Both the position numbers and the translations under genes were made by a program. This document shows positions 1 to 8,646 of a stretch of DNA of 64,000 bases, piece after piece; position 1 is the stretch's first letter, and every line of letters starts with the position of its first letter. Location: contig CAXXVD010000005.1 in assembly GCA_963662335.2 (NCBI GenBank), forward strand, positions 608,001 to 672,000, written 5' to 3'. The stretch comes from Chloroflexota bacterium (lineage in GTDB: Bacteria; Chloroflexota; UBA11872; VXOZ01). The notes beneath the pieces were generated by a model, which saw only the letters and a program-made list of their open reading frames with translations, did not search any database and was not told where the DNA came from.

Positions 1-67
1 CGCCGGTAGGCCCCATGCTAGAATCAAGCAGGGAGCGCGCATCTGACTTGTGCGCGCCCGGCACGCG

Positions 68-152
68 GCCGAAGTGGCGGAATTGGAAGACGCGCTACGT
101 TCAGGGCGTAGTGGGCCTTGCGCTCGTGAGGGTTCGAATCCCTCCTTCGGCA
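68..152 (+). tRNA. tRNA-Leu (anticodon CAG), long variable arm; CCA not fully encoded
   Basis: Acceptor stem GCCGAAG/CTTCGGC, D-arm TGGCGGAATTGGAAGACGC, anticodon arm CTACG-TTCAGGG-CGTAG, T-arm GGTTCGAATCC. Confidence 0.95.
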
Positions 153-227
153 CCTTTGGAGAGCAGTACGGCGCGAGAAACGTACCAGCAGCAAGACGGA
201 CGAAGCCTCGCTTCGCAAGGAGCAGCC

Positions 228-1061
228 ATGAGCGCACAGGAGCCCAACCGGTTAGGCCCACTCTTCACCCGGTACGTGCAAGCAGTGGGCGTGGCAAAGC
301 TCGACGGCGAAGAAGTGCAGCATCTCCGTAGATTTGTCAATTGGTGCGGGCCCGAGACGCGCATCGCGGCCATCCTCCTCCATCAATTGCAGACGTACCT
401 CGACCACGTGGCATCCACCGCCGCCGACCCCAAGCCCTGCGCCACCGCGCTGCGCACCTTCTTCTCCTACGCGCTGAAGTCCGGCTGGCTCGAGACGAAT
501 CCCGCCACCGGTCTGCGTACCTCCAAACGCACTACCAAGAGCGTCGGGCGAGTCGCCGCCGCCCAGGCCGGACCGACCTTCGTCAGCCGCGCGCGGCATG
601 CGGAACTGACCGCCGAACTGGAGAAACTGCGCGGCGAGGGGCGCGAACGCATCAGCAAAATGCTCCACGCCGCCATCAAGGACGGCGACCTGCGCGAGAA
701 CGCCGCCTATGACGAGGCCAAGTACCAGCAAGGCATGATGGAAGCCCGCATCCGTGAGTTGGAGCAGACGCTCCGCACCAGCGCGATCACCGAGGATGAG
801 GCGGAAGCGGCAGCAGATGGAGCGGCCGCCGGCGATGAAGGCATCAAGATCGGCATGAAGGTCGAACTGGAACTCACCGACGGCAGCGAGAAACTCGCCT
901 ACCAACTCGTCGGCCCCTCGGAAGTCGACCCGCTCGCGGGCCGCATCTCATACCTCTCGCCCGTCGGCGCCAGCCTCCTCACCAAGCGCGCCGGCGATAC
1001 CGTAGCGGTGGAAACGCCGGCCGGCAGCGAAACGTACCGCGTTCTCAGTTACTCTTTCTAG
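228..1061 (+). CDS. greA: Transcription elongation factor GreA with an extra N-terminal tyrosine-recombinase core-binding (SAM-like) domain
   Basis: AAGGAG RBS before ATG 228; GreA motifs GDLRENAAYDEAK and ISYLSPVGASLL; N-terminal LRTFFSYALKSGWLETNPATGLR resembles XerC/D N-domain ends. Confidence 0.9.
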   Translation: MSAQEPNRLGPLFTRYVQAVGVAKLDGEEVQHLRRFVNWCGPETRIAAILLHQLQTYLDHVASTAADPKPCATALRTFFSYALKSGWLETNPATGLRTSKRTTKSVGRVAAAQAGPTFVSRARHAELTAELEKLRGEGRERISKMLHAAIKDGDLRENAAYDEAKYQQGMMEARIRELEQTLRTSAITEDEAEAAADGAAAGDEGIKIGMKVELELTDGSEKLAYQLVGPSEVDPLAGRISYLSPVGASLLTKRAGDTVAVETPAGSETYRVLSYSF

Positions 1062-1084
1062 CCGGTTACTCTTTCTAGATTCGG

Positions 1085-1708
1085 CTTCTCTTTCTGGATA
1101 GCGCCGGCTCTTATAGTGTCGGCTCTTCAAGAAGCAACGCACAATCCGTCATTCCGGCGGAAGCCGGAATCCATCTCCGCCACCGAGCGCGCATCCTTTC
1201 CCAGGCGGGGGACAAGCCCCCGCGCTACTGCTCACCCTCACCCACGTGTCCGCCCTCTTTCCGGTCAGCTTCTCTTTCCAGATAGTGCCGGCTCTTATTG
1301 CGCCGGCTCTTCAAGAAGCAACGCACAATCCGTCATTCCGGCGGAAGCCGGAATCCATCTCCGCCACCGAGCGCGCATCCTTTCCCAGGCGGGGGACAAG
1401 CCCCCGCGCTACTGCTCATCCTCACCCATGTGCCCGCCCTCTTTCCGGTCAGCTTCTCTTTCCAGATAGTGCCGGCTCTTATTGCGCCGGCTCTTCAAGA
1501 AGCAACGCACAGTCCGTCATTCCGGCGGAAGCCGGAATCCATCTTTGCCGCCTTTCGCGCGTTCTTTCCCAAGCGGGGTACAAGCCCCCGCGCTACGGCT
1601 CACCCATGTGGCCCGCCCTCTACAATGTGCAAATGACATGCAGTCGCTTGCGCTGTTTGCCATCTATCGCGCATTCTTTCCCAAGCGAGTGACAAGCCCC
1701 CGCGCTAC
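1085..1708. repeat. Tandem array of ~184-bp units (three copies plus a partial one), each carrying two REP-like palindromes
   Basis: GTCATTCCGGCGGAAGCCGGAATCC starts at 1148, 1332 and 1516 (period 184); GGGG(A/T)ACAAGCCCCCGCGCTAC-type palindrome in each unit. Confidence 0.9.
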
Positions 1709-1806
1709 GTTAGTGCGATACCATTGCTGCCCTAGTGCCTCCCTACGGCGGACTGGTACAATACGGAGTCAGCGGCGCGCGTTCGTGCAGCATCTAGGAA
1801 GCATCC

Positions 1807-2253
1807 ATGGAGAATCTCGTCACAGTCCTGCGCTACGTCATTGCCTTTCTCATCGCCTACACGCTCTCGCTCTGGGTTGCGCTCGCTATCTGGGCGTATT
1901 TCGACATCCGCGCGCGCACCGGCGACATTCTGGTGCAGATCTTCTCCGTGCTTCTCGTGCTGGCGTTCAACGTCTTCGGCCTGATACTCTACCTCTTCCT
2001 CCGTCCCAAGGAGACCCTGGCGGAAAACTACGTGCTGGCGCTGGAAGAGGAGGCCTATCTGGCGGAGATCGAGGGCTTTCCGCGCTGCCCTTCCTGCAAC
2101 CGCCGCACGGAGCACGACTACCGGTACTGTCCGACGTGCCAAACGCAACTGAAGAGGCGGTGCACGGGCTGCAAGAACCACGTCCACGTGCAGTGGGAGG
2201 CGTGCGCCTACTGCGGCACGTCGCTGCGCTCGCAACCCAACACGGTTGTATAG
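1807..2253 (+). CDS. Membrane protein with C-terminal double zinc ribbon
   Basis: Two hydrophobic helices, then CPSC/CPTC/CTGC/CAYC. Confidence 0.85.
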   Translation: MENLVTVLRYVIAFLIAYTLSLWVALAIWAYFDIRARTGDILVQIFSVLLVLAFNVFGLILYLFLRPKETLAENYVLALEEEAYLAEIEGFPRCPSCNRRTEHDYRYCPTCQTQLKRRCTGCKNHVHVQWEACAYCGTSLRSQPNTVV

Positions 2254-2395
2254 ATGAACCGGGGCGATGGCGGCAGAAGGCAGCGGCCTTTGCCACGTCA
2301 ATCCTCGCCAAGAGCAGACTCTATCTCGCCAATAGTGTATTCGCGCCCCGCCGCCGCGCGCCCGCGCCACGCGCCGCTGGAACCCGAGGCCTGAC

Positions 2396-3145
2396 GTGCC
2401 GCCGAACCGCAGCCAAGACGCCGAATCCCCCGCCCCGGACGCCGATCGGCTCTCCGTCCGCGAGTGGCCGGCGGCGGAGCGCCCGCGCGAGCGTCTGCGC
2501 GACCTGGGCCCCGCGCACCTCTCCAGCGCCGAGTTGCTCGCCATCATCCTGCGCACCGGCACCCGCGAGCACTCGGTGGTGGCGCTCGCCCAACGCCTCT
2601 TGGAGACCCACGGCGGGCCCGGCGGCCTGGCGCGCGTCAGCTTTCGGCAATTGACCCAGTTTCCCGGCGTCGGCGAGGCGAAAGTGGCCCAAGTCAAAGC
2701 GGCGCTGGAGCTAGGCCGCCGCGCCGCCGCCAGCGCGCCGCCCGACCGGCCGACAATCCGCTCGGTCAGCGACGCGCAGAGCTACCTGCTCCCCGACTTC
2801 GTGGACGAGGAGCAGGAGAAGTTCATGGTCGTGCTGCTCGATACCAAGCATCACGTGGTGGGCAAAGTGACCCTGTACCGCGGCACGCTCAACCAGACCG
2901 CGGTGCGCCCGGCCGAGGTCTTCCGCGAGGCCGTGCGCGCCAACTGCGCCGCCGTGCTGGTGGCCCACAACCACCCCAGCGGCGATCCCAGCCCTTCCGG
3001 GGATGACGTGGCCATGACCACCCAACTGGCGCAAAGCGGCGCGCTCCTGGGCATCGACCTTGTCGACCACATCATCATGACCCGCCACAGCGCGCTCTCC
3101 CTGCGCGAACGAGGGCTGGGATTCTCCGGCCGGAGCGGCAAGTGA
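2396..3145 (+). CDS. radC: RadC (JAB/MPN domain) protein
   Basis: ERPRERL, LSSAELLAIILRTG, HNHPSGDPSPS and VDHII motifs. Confidence 0.93.
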   Translation: MPPNRSQDAESPAPDADRLSVREWPAAERPRERLRDLGPAHLSSAELLAIILRTGTREHSVVALAQRLLETHGGPGGLARVSFRQLTQFPGVGEAKVAQVKAALELGRRAAASAPPDRPTIRSVSDAQSYLLPDFVDEEQEKFMVVLLDTKHHVVGKVTLYRGTLNQTAVRPAEVFREAVRANCAAVLVAHNHPSGDPSPSGDDVAMTTQLAQSGALLGIDLVDHIIMTRHSALSLRERGLGFSGRSGK

Positions 3146-3237
3146 ACGGGCGTTGTATCCGCCTGGCGGCGCACGCGCCCGCCCCGCAAGGCGTAACACG
3201 CACCGCATGATGCTATGCTAGAGAGTACGGGAAGTTT

Positions 3238-3311
3238 CCGTCATTCCCGCGCACGCGGGAATCCATCTTCGCCGCCTTCCCGATAGATTCCCGCTTTCGC
3301 GGGAATGACGG
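3238..3311. repeat. Inverted pair of GTCATTCCCGCG-type REPs
   Basis: CCGTCATTCCCGCG...CGCGGGAATGACGG. Confidence 0.85.
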
Positions 3312-3404
3312 TCAGGCGACCGGCACGCACAGTCAAATACCCATGCGCCATGCGCGCAGGCGCCAGCCAACACGTGCCATCGCTCACATCGCAGGAGGCC
3401 CGCC

Positions 3405-3998
3405 ACGAAAGCGTTTGCGAAAGAAGTCCTGCAAACACTGCTCCTCACCGCCGTCATCTTCTTTGGCGCGCGGCTGGCGGTACAGAACTACCGCGTCGAG
3501 GGGAGCAGCATGTACGGCACCCTGCACCATCACGAGTACGTCCTGGTCAACAAGCTGGCGTACGTCCGCTCGGAACCGCAACACGGTGACATCATCGTCT
3601 TCAACTATCCGCTCGAGCCGGCGGAGCAATTCGTGAAGCGCGTCATCGCGGTGCCGGGTGACGTGATCGAGATTCGCCAAGGAATCGTCTACGTCAATGG
3701 CGAGAAGATCGTCGAACCCTACGTCACCAGCGGCGCCCAGATCGCCGGCCTGACGGTCCGCGACGAACTCTCCGACCGCATCGTGCCTGCCGGTTCGTAC
3801 TTCGTCATGGGCGACAACCGGCGCGGCAGCCGCGATTCCCGCGAGTGGGGCTTCTTGCCGCGCAAGTTCATCGTGGGCAAGGTCTGGGTGGCGTACTGGC
3901 CGCCGGAAGACTTTGGCGTTGTCGAGCACTTCCAGCTTGTCGTGCCGGCGCCGGGCGGGAGTAAAGAGTCCGCCGGTATCGAAAAGGTTGCGCCCTAG
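3405..3998 (+). CDS. lepB: Signal peptidase I; probable start is ACG at 3405 (first canonical start, 3510, is too late)
   Basis: TM helix and VEGSSM (catalytic Ser) lie upstream of ATG 3510 in frame; FVKRVIAVPGD and MGDNRRGSRDSR motifs; AGGAGG 6 nt before the ACG. Confidence 0.88.
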   Translation, partial: TKAFAKEVLQTLLLTAVIFFGARLAVQNYRVEGSSMYGTLHHHEYVLVNKLAYVRSEPQHGDIIVFNYPLEPAEQFVKRVIAVPGDVIEIRQGIVYVNGEKIVEPYVTSGAQIAGLTVRDELSDRIVPAGSYFVMGDNRRGSRDSREWGFLPRKFIVGKVWVAYWPPEDFGVVEHFQLVVPAPGGSKESAGIEKVAP

Positions 3999-4429
3999 TG
4001 TCTTTCGATCTCTTCACGTACCTGTTCGCGGCCCCGGGGCCGCCGGGAACCTTCTACCGCCAAATTGCGCCGCTCCTCACGATCGGCTTCGGCGTCGGCC
4101 TGGGCATCTCATTCGTCTACTATCTCATCAGCGGCATGCTCTTCGGCGGCAGCCCGCTGCGCCGCCTGGCGGTGCGGGTGGTGCTGCTTACGAGCATGGT
4201 CGTCAACGGCCTCGGCCTGCTGGGCGTCTTCCTGCGCCAGGCCCAATGGGGCATTCTCTCGTACCGCTTCGTGCTCGTCCTCATCGTCATTCTCCAGGTC
4301 TACCTCTTGGTCAGGACGTTCTGGTACCTCATGCGCGAATTGCCCCGCAGAATAGCCGAGTCCGCCGACGATAAGAAGAAGCCGTCGGGAGGACGACGCA
4401 AGCGCGGGGCGCGGCGCAAGAAACGCTAA
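3998..4429 (+). CDS. Hypothetical membrane protein (about three TM helices, basic C-tail)
   Basis: GTG overlaps the lepB stop; hydrophobic segments; KKKPSGGRRKRGARRKKR tail. Confidence 0.7.
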   Translation: MSFDLFTYLFAAPGPPGTFYRQIAPLLTIGFGVGLGISFVYYLISGMLFGGSPLRRLAVRVVLLTSMVVNGLGLLGVFLRQAQWGILSYRFVLVLIVILQVYLLVRTFWYLMRELPRRIAESADDKKKPSGGRRKRGARRKKR

Positions 4430-4453
4430 CCGCCAGTCACAGATTGCCTACCG

Positions 4454-5212
4454 ATGTCTCCGCCGGATGACCCCGCTCAGCCTTTGCCCACGTTGCGCGC
4501 CCGCTGCGCGGCCTTAGGCGTCCCGCTTGCTCCCGAGCAAGTCCGCCGCCTCCACGGCTACCTGGAACTGCTCTTAGAGCGGCGCGGGCGGGTAAACGTC
4601 ACCGGCATTCGCGAGCCCGCGCAGGCGGAGCGGCTCCTCTTGCTCGAATCGATTGCCGCCGCAGCGGTGGCGCCGCTGCTGGCCGCCTCCAGTGGGCGGG
4701 ATTCGCTCCGGCTGCTGGACGTAGGCGCCGGCGGCGGCATCCCCGGCATACCGCTGGCGATTGCCTTTCCGCGCCTCGCGGTGACGCTGCTCGACGCCAC
4801 GCGCAAGAAGGTGGACTTTGCGCAACACGCCGCTGACGCGCTCGCGCTGGATAACGTCACGGCGGCATGGGGGCGCGCCGAGGAACTGGCGCACGCGCCC
4901 AAACATCGGGAGCAATATGATGTCGTTACGGTGCGAGGCGTGGGCCGCCTTGCCACCGTAGCGGAACTTGCGCTGCCATTCTGCGCGCGCGGCGGCGTGC
5001 TGGCGGCTTTCAAGTCCCTGCCGCTGGACGCTGAACTGGCGGAAGCGCAGCACGCAATCCGCACGCTGGGCGGCGGCGACGCCCGCGTAACGCCCTTCAA
5101 CCTGCCCGAACTGCCGCCGCAACACTGCCTGGTGACGGTGAGGAAGGCCGCGTCCACGCCGCGCCGGTATCCCCGCCGCGCGGGACTTCCCGCAAAACGG
5201 CCCCTCCGCTAG
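4454..5212 (+). CDS. rsmG: 16S rRNA m7G527 methyltransferase
   Basis: LLDVGAGGGIPGIPLAI, LLDATRKK, GRAEEL and TPRRYPR motifs. Confidence 0.93.
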   Translation: MSPPDDPAQPLPTLRARCAALGVPLAPEQVRRLHGYLELLLERRGRVNVTGIREPAQAERLLLLESIAAAAVAPLLAASSGRDSLRLLDVGAGGGIPGIPLAIAFPRLAVTLLDATRKKVDFAQHAADALALDNVTAAWGRAEELAHAPKHREQYDVVTVRGVGRLATVAELALPFCARGGVLAAFKSLPLDAELAEAQHAIRTLGGGDARVTPFNLPELPPQHCLVTVRKAASTPRRYPRRAGLPAKRPLR

Positions 5213-5291
5213 CCGCTGCGCGGGCGCCTTCACCAAAGACGCCAAACCTACCACCGCAGAGCTAACATTCCGTTCGCTTAGGGCCAACATT

Positions 5292-5403
5292 CCGTTCGCG
5301 CTGAGCCTGTCGAAGCGCTCCGTTCCGGGCCCAAGTTTGACGCCGGGGTGAACGCAAAGAGCGATACACCCGTTCATGCTGAGCCTGTCGAAGCGCGAAC
5401 GGG
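5292..5403. repeat. Two CCGTTC..CTGAGCCTGTCGAAGC REP-like elements
   Basis: Copies at 5292 and 5370; the same family recurs at 31920-32021. Confidence 0.75.
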
Positions 5404-5429
5404 CGCAGAACCAGGCCCTGCGCCAGGCG

Positions 5430-6179
5430 CTACAACTCTCCCGCCGCCTCGCTATCCACCAGCAGCGTCACGCGGCGGTGGAGTTGGAGAAAGGAGGCCG
5501 GCAACCACGGCGACACGGGCCCGTGCACGGTTGTGCCCACCGCCAGCGCCTTATTCGCGCCGCTGGCAAGCAAGAGGATCCGCTTTGCCCTGAGAATCGT
5601 CCCCATGCCCATCGTGATGGCGTTATGCGGAAACTCCTCCGGCGAGGAGAACGGATTCTCGGCGCGACCGCGCCAGTACTTGTAGGCCAGGCTGCGCGTT
5701 TCGGAGTGAAGCAGCTCGACGTGCACCTCCGCCTGCAGCGACGGGTTGGGCTCGTTGAAGCCGACGTGGCCGTTTTCTCCAATGCCCAGCACCGCCAGGC
5801 CCAGTTCTCCCGCTTCCACAATCGCCTGCGCATAGGCGTCGCACTCGGCCTCGAGATCCGGCGCAATGCCGTTTGGAATATGCATCCGCTCCGGCGCAAG
5901 GTTGACGTGGGAGAAGAGATGCTCCCGCATGTACGTTTGGTAACTGGCCGGATGCGCCGGCCCCAAGCCGCAGTATTCGTCCAGATTGAACGTGCGCGCC
6001 CGGGAGAAGTCCGCCTCCCCGCGCGCGTGCGCCGCCGCAAGCCGGCGGTACATGCCCACGGGCGTCGCGCCGGTGGGCAGCCCCAGCACAAGCTGCGGCT
6101 CGGCCCGCAAGGCCGCGCAGACGATTTCCGCCGCGCGCAGGCTCATCTCCGCGTACGACGGCGCCACGACGATTTCCAT
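5430..6179 (-). CDS. nagB: Glucosamine-6-phosphate deaminase
   Basis: LGLPTGATP, TFNLDEY, LGIGENGHVGFNEP and AITMGMGTIL motifs; start trimmed to MEIVV. Confidence 0.93.
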   Translation of the reverse strand: MEIVVAPSYAEMSLRAAEIVCAALRAEPQLVLGLPTGATPVGMYRRLAAAHARGEADFSRARTFNLDEYCGLGPAHPASYQTYMREHLFSHVNLAPERMHIPNGIAPDLEAECDAYAQAIVEAGELGLAVLGIGENGHVGFNEPNPSLQAEVHVELLHSETRSLAYKYWRGRAENPFSSPEEFPHNAITMGMGTILRAKRILLLASGANKALAVGTTVHGPVSPWLPASFLQLHRRVTLLVDSEAAGEL

Positions 6180-6346
6180 GTGCCCCCCTTTCTTGTCCGC
6201 GCCCATTATACACAGATGCCGCGCGCGGCTATGGCGGCGCCAAACCGCGCGTGGTCCCAGCGTAGAGCAAGGGAGATCGGACTGCGCTATACTTGCTGAA
6301 AGTGTAGATCCCACCGCACGAGCAGAAAAACGGCAAGGGAGGCAAA

Positions 6347-7540
6347 ATGGCGGTGCAACCGGCTGAACTCTCCGCGCACGTCGACGCGGACGAACTGGTA
6401 GCCCTTGCCGCCGGCTTGGCGCGCATTCCCAGCGAGATTCCCCATGAAGGCGCAATCGCGCAATTCCTCGCCGCCGAGATGCGCAAGACACGGGCCTTCG
6501 ATGAAGTGCACCTGCAGGACGTCGTGCCGGGGCGGCCTAACGTCATCGGCGTCGTGCGCGGCAGCGGCGGCGGGCCGAATCTGCTGTTCAACGGCCACCT
6601 CGACACCGGCGCGCCCGCGGGCGCGTGGTCGCGGGACCCCTACGACGTCTACGAGGCGGACGGGTATCTCCACGGCTTTGGGCTGACGGACATGAAAGGC
6701 GCGGTGGCCTGCCTGGTCAAGGCGGCGGAAGCGGTCGCGCGCGCCGGCGTGCGTCCAACCGGCGACCTGGTCGTGTCCGCCGTGGTGCACCACGACGTCT
6801 GCGGCTTGGGCACCAAGTTCTTCCTGGAATCCAACGACCGCCCCTTCGCCATGTGCATCAACGGCGAGCCAACCGGCTTGCGCCTGCAACTGGCCCACGG
6901 CGGCGCCTGGCAATTCGAACTGACCACCCACGGCAGAGCCGAGCACATCAGCCGGCGCGAGGGCGGCATAGACGCCAACGCCAAGATGTTCAAACTCCTC
7001 GCCGCGCTGGACGAACGCGCGCTGACGTTCGACCCGGCCGCCGCCATCGAGGGACTGCCGCGCCTGGTGGTGGGCGCGATTAACGGCGGTACCGCGCCCT
7101 CGCGCACGGCGGAAACGTGCACGGCGCGCGGCGACGTGCGCATCGTGCCCGGCATGACCGCCGACACGCTCACCGCCGACTTCCGACGGGTGATTGCGGA
7201 CATCGCGGCCGGCGACCCGGAGTTCCGCGCCGGCGTGCGCACGCTGGTCTACCAGCGCCCCTTCCATATCGACGCCGACGCCCTGGTGGTGGCGCTCACG
7301 GCCCAGGCGCACCGCGACGTGACCGGCGAAGAACCGGAATCTTCAGCCGGACTGCCGGTAAGCAGTTACGTCACCGATGCCGCCGACATCGTGCGCCACG
7401 GCATCCCGACCATCGTCTACGGCCCCAGCAACTGGCGCATGGTGCCCGACGAGCGCATCAGCATCGCCGAGATGGTCACCGCCACGCAGGTCTACGCTCT
7501 TGCCGCGGCGCGTGTTGTTACCGGTGAGAGCGGCGCCTAG
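6347..7540 (+). CDS. M20/ArgE/DapE-family amidohydrolase with atypical active-site residues
   Basis: NGHLDT, DMKG and GEPT present; the usual EE reads HHD and the C-terminal His is absent. Confidence 0.82.
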   Translation: MAVQPAELSAHVDADELVALAAGLARIPSEIPHEGAIAQFLAAEMRKTRAFDEVHLQDVVPGRPNVIGVVRGSGGGPNLLFNGHLDTGAPAGAWSRDPYDVYEADGYLHGFGLTDMKGAVACLVKAAEAVARAGVRPTGDLVVSAVVHHDVCGLGTKFFLESNDRPFAMCINGEPTGLRLQLAHGGAWQFELTTHGRAEHISRREGGIDANAKMFKLLAALDERALTFDPAAAIEGLPRLVVGAINGGTAPSRTAETCTARGDVRIVPGMTADTLTADFRRVIADIAAGDPEFRAGVRTLVYQRPFHIDADALVVALTAQAHRDVTGEEPESSAGLPVSSYVTDAADIVRHGIPTIVYGPSNWRMVPDERISIAEMVTATQVYALAAARVVTGESGA

Positions 7541-7553
7541 CGCGGGAAGTCGC

Positions 7554-7599
7554 GTAGGGGCGCTTTCCTGCGTAGGGGCGCTTCGCGAAGCGCCCCTAC
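7554..7599. repeat. GTAG-type REP palindrome
   Basis: GTAGGGGCGCTTCGCGAAGCGCCCCTAC at 7572-7599 between convergent genes. Confidence 0.85.
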
Positions 7600-7608
7600 C
7601 ACGTTGGG

Positions 7609-8538
7609 CTACGCGCCGCTGCCGTTGGAACGCGGCGGGTTGGGCGCCGAATCGACGATGCCGCTCAGGCCGCCGGCCAGTTTCGCCAACTCGATGGGGA
7701 AGACCCATTTGGTGGACGGACTCTCCGCCATGTTCTGCAGCGTTTGCAGGTACTGGATGAGCATAGTGTTGGAGTCCACCGTCTGCGCGATCTGAAAGAC
7801 GTGGTCGATGGCGGTGGCGTAACCCTCGGCGCGCAGCGACTGCGCCTCTCGTTCGGCCTCGGCGCGCAGGATCGTCGCCTGGCGGTCGCCCTCGGCCTTG
7901 AGAATCTCGGATTGCTTGTCGCCCTCGGCCACCAGGATTGCCGACTGCTTCTGGCCGCCGGCCTCGGTGACCATGGCGCGCCGGTTGCGCTCGGCGGACA
8001 TCTGGCGGTTCATCGCGTCCTGCACCTCGCGCGGCGGCAGGATCTCGCGGATTTCCACCGTCGTCACCTTCACGCCCCAGCGGGCGGTCACTTCGTCCAG
8101 CTTCGTGCGCAGGATGTTGTTGATCTGCTCCCGCTTGGCCAGCACGTCGTCCAGGGAAATGTCGCCAATGACCGCGCGCAGCGTGGTGGTGGCAATACCT
8201 TGCGAGGCGCCGGCGAAGTTCGCCACCTGCACCACGCTGTCGTGCGGATTGGTGACTTTCCAGTAGATGAGAAAGTCAATGAGAATTGGCGCGTTGTCCG
8301 AGGTGATGCAACTCTGCTGCGGGATTTCCAGGAATTGCTCGCGCAGGTCGACGCGCACCGGCCGGTCGATGATCGGCCAGAGCCAGACGATGCCCGGCCC
8401 GCGTGGGTCCGCCAATACCCGCCCCAGCCGGAAGACCACCAGCCGCTCGTACTCCGCCACGATCTTGATCGCTGAGTACAAGAGCCAGACCAACAGGATC
8501 GCAAGGACGACAATCAATCCGATCGTTTGACCGTTCAT
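7609..8538 (-). CDS. SPFH/stomatin-like (QmcA-type) protein
   Basis: N-terminal TM, ERLVVFRLG, TTTLRAVIG, WGVKVTTVEI and QMSAERNRRA motifs. Confidence 0.92.
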   Translation of the reverse strand: MNGQTIGLIVVLAILLVWLLYSAIKIVAEYERLVVFRLGRVLADPRGPGIVWLWPIIDRPVRVDLREQFLEIPQQSCITSDNAPILIDFLIYWKVTNPHDSVVQVANFAGASQGIATTTLRAVIGDISLDDVLAKREQINNILRTKLDEVTARWGVKVTTVEIREILPPREVQDAMNRQMSAERNRRAMVTEAGGQKQSAILVAEGDKQSEILKAEGDRQATILRAEAEREAQSLRAEGYATAIDHVFQIAQTVDSNTMLIQYLQTLQNMAESPSTKWVFPIELAKLAGGLSGIVDSAPNPPRSNGSGA

Positions 8539-8646
8539 AGCGCGAGACCCTCTCCTCTCTGCGTGCGCATGGTATGTTGACTACACTTCGTTGTTTACCG
8601 CCGTTCCGCGCGGCGGTTCAAGCCCGTCTTTCACGTCCCGGAGCGG

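Noticed and set aside
68-1061. Prophage or integrative element at tRNA-Leu
   Set aside because: Only an N-terminal integrase-like domain fused to GreA; no catalytic R-H-R-Y domain, att duplication or cargo genes seen
1116-1692. Repeat-encoded ORFs (NPSFRRKPES / VIPAEAGIH)
   Set aside because: Translations of REP palindromes; no RBS or independent evidence of coding
1085-1708. CRISPR array
   Set aside because: Whole 184-bp units repeat, including the would-be spacers; no cas genes are present
2396-3145. radC as a mobile-element marker
   Set aside because: Full-length chromosomal form in a housekeeping context
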